Assembly (NCBI GenBank): GCA_963678575.2
Contig: CAXXHV010000001.1
Span: 298,543 to 362,542, forward strand
DNA from: Sphaerochaetaceae bacterium
Lineage (GTDB): Bacteria > Spirochaetota > Spirochaetia > Sphaerochaetales > Sphaerochaetaceae
Reading direction: 5' to 3'
DNA: 64,000 nucleotides
Numbering within the stretch: position 1 is the first letter of the stretch; each line of letters opens with the position of its first letter. Shown piece by piece: positions 60,104-64,000 of this stretch. The notes below the pieces were generated by a model. The model did not search any database, was not told the origin of the DNA, and was given only the letters and a program-made list of their open reading frames with translations. The translations under genes were made by a program, and so were the position numbers.

Positions 60104-61230
60104 TATTTTACCTCTTTTAAAAATTCATCAAAAATCCAAAGACTATCCTTTGGTCCTGGACTAGCTTCTGGATGAAATTGAACACTTAATATTTTTTTAT
60201 TTGGTATTTTAATTCCTTCTACACTATTGTCATTAGAATTAACAAACCATAATTGAGCTCCTTGAGGTAAAATTGATGTTACAAAGCTATGATTTTGACT
60301 TGTTACGAATATCTTTTTAGTAAAAACATCTGTTACAGGTTGATTAGCACCATGGTGACCAAATTTCATTTTTTTTGTAGAACCACCTAATGCTAGTGTA
60401 ATGATTTGATGACCTAAACAAATTCCAACAATTGGAATTTTAGTTTGACAAGTTTTTACTAAACTAATTGCATCAACTTGTGTTTCTGGATCACCAGGAC
60501 CATTGCTTAAAAATAATAAGTCAAAATTGTTGTTTAAAATTTCTTCGCTATTAGTTTTTGAATTAAAAAGTGTCACTTCAACATTTCTACTATATAATTC
60601 TTTGATAATTGATTTTTTTATTCCAAAATCAATTAAGGCACATCTAATTTTTGTATTTTTTGATGGATATATATTATTGTTTTTAGGATTTACTATTTTT
60701 GTTTTTGTGCTAACTTTTTCGCATTGATTTGTTTCAGAAATAAAAGGAAAGGATAAAAGATAGTTTTTAATAAACAAATCTTCTTCCTTTCCTATATTAT
60801 CTTCATTAATAATAATAGCTCTTTTAAATCCCGTATCCCTAAGGTGTAAGGTTAACGCCCTAGTATCAATATTACTTATCCCAATAATATTATTTTCTAA
60901 AAGATAAGTTTCTAATTTTATCCTATCATTATCAACTTCTCCATCGTAATAGTCTTTTACTACTATTGCGCTTACATGAATTTTTTCATTTAATATGTTT
61001 TCTTCTTCATTAAGTATTACTCCATAATTTCCAATTTGTGGGTATGTAAAACATACCATTTGGCCCTTATAGGAGGGATCACTTAATATTTGTTGGTAAC
61101 CACACATACTAGTATTGAAAACTATTTCACTAATACTTGAATTTTGAGAAATGTCCTCAATTTTTGGAGCTTTTGCACCAAAGGATTTCCCAACAAATTT
61201 ACTACCGTCTTCTAAAAATAATGTTGCCAA
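60103..61230 (-). CDS. carA: Carbamoyl-phosphate synthase small (glutaminase) subunit
   Basis: TTG start with AAGGAA RBS. LEDGSKF.GKSFGA, GICLGHQ, FHPEA. 1-nt overlap with carB. Confidence 0.93.
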   Translation of the reverse strand: MATLFLEDGSKFVGKSFGAKAPKIEDISQNSSISEIVFNTSMCGYQQILSDPSYKGQMVCFTYPQIGNYGVILNEEENILNEKIHVSAIVVKDYYDGEVDNDRIKLETYLLENNIIGISNIDTRALTLHLRDTGFKRAIIINEDNIGKEEDLFIKNYLLSFPFISETNQCEKVSTKTKIVNPKNNNIYPSKNTKIRCALIDFGIKKSIIKELYSRNVEVTLFNSKTNSEEILNNNFDLLFLSNGPGDPETQVDAISLVKTCQTKIPIVGICLGHQIITLALGGSTKKMKFGHHGANQPVTDVFTKKIFVTSQNHSFVTSILPQGAQLWFVNSNDNSVEGIKIPNKKILSVQFHPEASPGPKDSLWIFDEFLKEVK

Positions 61231-61289
61231 AGTATAATTCCTTTTTCATTAAAATTGATTGTAAAACCTAATATGTCTAAATTGATGTA

Positions 61290-61318
61290 ATAATATAAAA
61301 TATCTGTTGCATAATCAA
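61290..61318 (-). promoter_or_regulatory. Candidate sigma-70 promoter of carAB (TTGATT-17-TATTAT)
   Basis: Minus strand reads TTGATTatgcaacagatattttaTATTAT. The spacer contains a TGCAACA motif. Confidence 0.5.
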
Positions 61319-61447
61319 GTGTTTAAGCAACAAAAAAGCTAGATAGTTGTATAAAATGTGAATAAATATTTAAAAATTGTTGCAAAAGCGTTGTATTGTA
61401 GATAAATATTTATTTATTTGTTGTTTTTTTTTAAAGAATTAAAAATA

Positions 61448-61479
61448 CAAAAAAAAATACGAAAGCATTGCTTCCGTAT
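61448..61479 (-). terminator. Intrinsic terminator after tRNA-Phe (minus strand)
   Basis: ATACGGAAG-caatg-CTTTCGTAT (one mismatch) followed by T9 on the minus strand. Confidence 0.7.
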
Positions 61480-61482
61480 TGT

Positions 61483-61555
61483 TGCCGCCTCCAGGAATTG
61501 AACCAGGGACACAAGGATTTTCAGTCCTTTGCTCTACCAACTGAGCTAAAGCGGC
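61483..61555 (-). tRNA. tRNA-Phe (GAA)
   Basis: The reverse complement folds as GCCGCTT/TA/GCTC-AGTTGGTA-GAGC/A/AAGGA-CTGAAAA-TCCTT/GTGTC/CCTGG-TTCAATT-CCTGG/AGGCGGC/A. There is one U:U mismatch in the T stem and no encoded CCA. Confidence 0.85.
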
Positions 61556-61568
61556 GTTAACGATGTTG

Positions 61569-61597
61569 TTTATACACTGTAGAGAATTTATTGTCAA
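61569..61597 (-). promoter_or_regulatory. Sigma-70 promoter of tRNA-Phe (TTGACA-17-TATAAA)
   Basis: Minus strand reads TTGACAataaattctctacagtgTATAAA, ending 13 nt before the mature tRNA 5' end. Confidence 0.7.
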
Positions 61598-61754
61598 CAC
61601 CTTTTAAGAAAAAATGTATTATTTTTACAAAAATTGGTAAATCTGCAAAGACTATTTTATTGTCTTTTTTTTATAAATTAAGTCGAAAAGAAAACAAAAA
61701 TTTTATTTATTATTCATAATAAATAGACATAATTAATATTTTATAAATAAATGA

Positions 61755-61782
61755 TTGATAAATATAAAACCCTCATGATAAT
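61755..61782 (+). promoter_or_regulatory. Sigma-70 promoter TTGATA-16-GATAAT, 9 nt upstream of the dprA ATG (leaderless candidate)
   Basis: TTGATAaatataaaaccctcatGATAATctattgtatATG. No SD. Confidence 0.55.
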
Positions 61783-61791
61783 CTATTGTAT

Positions 61792-62727
61792 ATGAATAGA
61801 GAAAAAGTGATACAAGCAATAAATTGGGAAACCATAGTTAGTGTTTGTAATAGAGATACAGATAAGGCTTGTAAAATTTGGGATAAATATAATCACGTGT
61901 TATTATTACCTATTAGTAGTGATTTTTCACTTTGGGCTTTAAATTTAAATGTTTCAATAAGTAAATTATTTGAAATATATACTTATATATGTGAAGATTT
62001 CAAATTGTTGCCAAAAAATACTATAATAACAATATTTGGGGATGAAAATTGGCCAAATCAAATTAATGATTTTCCTTTTTCAACTAGGGTCTTATATTGT
62101 CTGGGAAATGTTGAATTATTAAAAAAGAAAAATGTAGCAATATTAGGTACAAAATCCCCATCTAAGGAATCAATTGAAAAACTAGATAAACTAGTAAAAG
62201 CTCTTATAAAAAAAGAAATTATTATTACTAGTGGACTTTCCTTAGGAATGCAAGGGCATGCTGGAGTAAAAAGCTTGTCAGATTTTGCTCCCATTATTGC
62301 AGTTATTGCAACACCTCTAGATCAATATTATCCTCAGTCTCATAGTAAAATTCAAGATTATATAGCCCAAGAAGGTGGCGTTGTTGTAACAAGAGTGGCT
62401 CCTAATAATAAAAATATTAAATGGAATATTTTTTTAAGAAATAGATTAATGAGTGCTTTATCTTCTGCAATAATGATTGTTGAGGAGGTAGATCGTGGTG
62501 GTGCAATTCAGATAGCGGAATATTCTTTACAAAATAATCGAAATGTTTATTTTTTTAGTTCAGTGAAAAAAGAGGCATCACTAAATTGGACTAAGCAGTT
62601 ATTAGCTAAAGGCGCAACAAGCTTGAGATTTCCCAGTGATTTAGCAAAAGCTATAAATGGGGTTAATATAACAAAGATATCTAAAAAAGATAATAATCAA
62701 GATATTGTTCAATTAAAGTTATTTTAA
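61792..62727 (+). CDS. dprA: DNA processing protein DprA/Smf family
   Basis: Rossmann-like core: ILGTKSPS, SGLSLGMQGHAG, PLDQYYPQSH, FLRNRLMSALSSAIMIVEE..RGGA. TTG 61786 is the alternative start. Confidence 0.7.
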   Translation: MNREKVIQAINWETIVSVCNRDTDKACKIWDKYNHVLLLPISSDFSLWALNLNVSISKLFEIYTYICEDFKLLPKNTIITIFGDENWPNQINDFPFSTRVLYCLGNVELLKKKNVAILGTKSPSKESIEKLDKLVKALIKKEIIITSGLSLGMQGHAGVKSLSDFAPIIAVIATPLDQYYPQSHSKIQDYIAQEGGVVVTRVAPNNKNIKWNIFLRNRLMSALSSAIMIVEEVDRGGAIQIAEYSLQNNRNVYFFSSVKKEASLNWTKQLLAKGATSLRFPSDLAKAINGVNITKISKKDNNQDIVQLKLF

Positions 62728-62779
62728 GCGTTTTTTCTAAATATATTTAACAGAATTAATGAAATAATTAATTAAAATC

Positions 62780-62808
62780 TTGACTAAAAATAATACAAAA
62801 CATACTAT
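62780..62808 (+). promoter_or_regulatory. Sigma-70 promoter TTGACT-17-TACTAT, 7 nt upstream of the alaS ATG (leaderless candidate)
   Basis: TTGACTaaaaataatacaaaacaTACTATctttggtATG. No SD. Confidence 0.6.
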
Positions 62809-62815
62809 CTTTGGT

Positions 62816-64000
62816 ATGGAAAAACAATTAACAGCAAACGCATTAAGAAAAAAATTTATAGATTTCTTTGTATCAAAAGAACACTGTCAAATAAGTGGTG
62901 CTTCTTTAATTCCTGAAAATGATCCAACGGTATTATTTACAACAGCAGGGATGCATCCTTTAGTCCCTTATATTTTAGGAGCTGAACATCCATCAGGAAA
63001 TAAACTTTGTGACTATCAAAAGTGTATTAGAACTGGTGATATTGATGCAGTTGGAGATCCTCATCATTTAACCTTTTTTGAAATGTTAGGAAACTGGTCT
63101 TTAGGAAGTTATTTTAAAAAAGAAGCAATTGATTTTAGTTATGAGTTTTTAACAAAAGAATTAAATATCGACCCAGAAAAATTATCAGTAACTGTTTTTG
63201 CAGGTGATGAGTTAGTCCCAAGAGATGAAGTTGCTGCAGCAGCATGGAAAAAACATGGGATTCCAGAAGAGAGAATTTATTTCTTACCTAGAGAAGATAA
63301 CTGGTGGGGCCCTGCTGGTGAAACTGGGCCTTGTGGTCCAGATAGTGAAATGTTTATCGATACTGGTCGTGAAAAATGTAGTGAAAATTGTCGTCCTGGT
63401 TGTTCTTGCGGAAAATATTTCGAAATTTGGAACGATGTATTTATGGGATATAAAAAACTTGAAGATGGTTCATATGTTGAAATGGATAGGAAATGTGTAG
63501 ATACCGGAATGGGTATTGAAAGAACAATTGCTATTCTTCAAGGTAAGAAAAATGTATATGAAACTGAAGTTTTTACTCCAATTATAGAAGGTATTGAAGA
63601 GCTTTCTCAAGTTAAATATGGTCAAAGTGAAGAAACAGATATGTCTATCCGTATTTTAGCAGATCATATAAGAACAAGTTGCTTTATTTTAGGTGATCAA
63701 AGAGGAATTGCTCCTTCAAATGTTGGTCAAGGTTATATTCTTAGAAGATTAATAAGAAGAGCTATTAGACATGGAAGAAAAATTGGAATGCAAGAAGCTT
63801 CCTTATCTATTTTAGCCAAAATTGTAGTATCTCTTTATAAGGATGCTTACCCTGAATTAAGTGATAATTCTGAATTTATTTATAAAGAATTAGAACAAGA
63901 AGAAGATAAATTTAGTAAAACTCTACAAAAGGGAGAAAAGGAATTTTTAAAAATGATTCCAAATATCTTAAAGGGTAAGGCTAAACAAATTCCAGGTAGA
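62816..64000 (+). CDS. alaS: Alanine--tRNA ligase (3' end outside window)
   Basis: Not in the ORF track because no stop falls inside the window. My translation from ATG 62816 gives MEKQLTANALRKKFIDFFVSKEHCQISGASLIPENDPTVLFTTAGMHPLVPYILG...FFEMLGNWSLGSYFK, classic AlaS motifs, open for 395 codons to the window edge. Confidence 0.9.
   Translation, partial: MEKQLTANALRKKFIDFFVSKEHCQISGASLIPENDPTVLFTTAGMHPLVPYILGAEHPSGNKLCDYQKCIRTGDIDAVGDPHHLTFFEMLGNWSLGSYFKKEAIDFSYEFLTKELNIDPEKLSVTVFAGDELVPRDEVAAAAWKKHGIPEERIYFLPREDNWWGPAGETGPCGPDSEMFIDTGREKCSENCRPGCSCGKYFEIWNDVFMGYKKLEDGSYVEMDRKCVDTGMGIERTIAILQGKKNVYETEVFTPIIEGIEELSQVKYGQSEETDMSIRILADHIRTSCFILGDQRGIAPSNVGQGYILRRLIRRAIRHGRKIGMQEASLSILAKIVVSLYKDAYPELSDNSEFIYKELEQEEDKFSKTLQKGEKEFLKMIPNILKGKAKQIPGR

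Noticed and set aside
63225-63500. 91-aa ORF in the ORF track
   Set aside because: It is an alternative frame within alaS. The AlaS frame (from 62816) is open to the window edge and carries the conserved motifs.

Overview
This is a low-GC (about 30% by eye), gene-dense chromosomal segment from a diderm bacterium. The short-type AlaS N-terminus, a PurO-type IMP cyclohydrolase, sigma-54 promoters and acidic outer-membrane-like proteins suggest a spirochaete- or fusobacteria-like anaerobe, but the taxon cannot be fixed from this window. Content is housekeeping and core metabolism: rimO (5' partial)-pcrA, rplM-rpsI-recX, a Ca/Na antiporter, enolase, orphan trpB, Crp/Fnr regulator, thioredoxin, a 1168-aa cytoplasmic hybrid histidine kinase, a DUF1846 protein and two Hsp20 genes. 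It also holds an NfnAB-like oxidoreductase, an ECF A/T module coupled to 5-formyl-THF cyclo-ligase, a TetR regulator, gnd-zwf-pgl and a complete Pho locus (pstSCAB-phoU with phoBR on the opposite strand). The rest is a nine-gene purine operon (purE-C-F-M-N-O-H'-D-L), carAB, tRNA-fMet, tRNA-Phe, dprA and alaS (3' partial). I found no CRISPR array, transposase, integrase, prophage or recognisable defence genes, and I cannot point to a discrete novel multi-gene system. The most interesting signals are regulatory or architectural. (1) Both Hsp20 genes have exact sigma-54 -24/-12 promoters and share upstream motifs. (2) A TGCAACA(A/T-rich) motif is enriched upstream of both the purine operon and carAB and overlaps their predicted core promoters. 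(3) At least three genes (ecfA, dprA, alaS) have a good sigma-70 promoter 7-9 nt before the start codon and no Shine-Dalgarno, so they look leaderless. (4) TTAACA direct repeats with 11-bp phasing look like Pho boxes at pstS and phoB. (5) PstA carries a PstS-like periplasmic insertion of roughly 200 aa. All coordinates and motifs were read by eye, and function calls rest on recognised family motifs, not on database searches.
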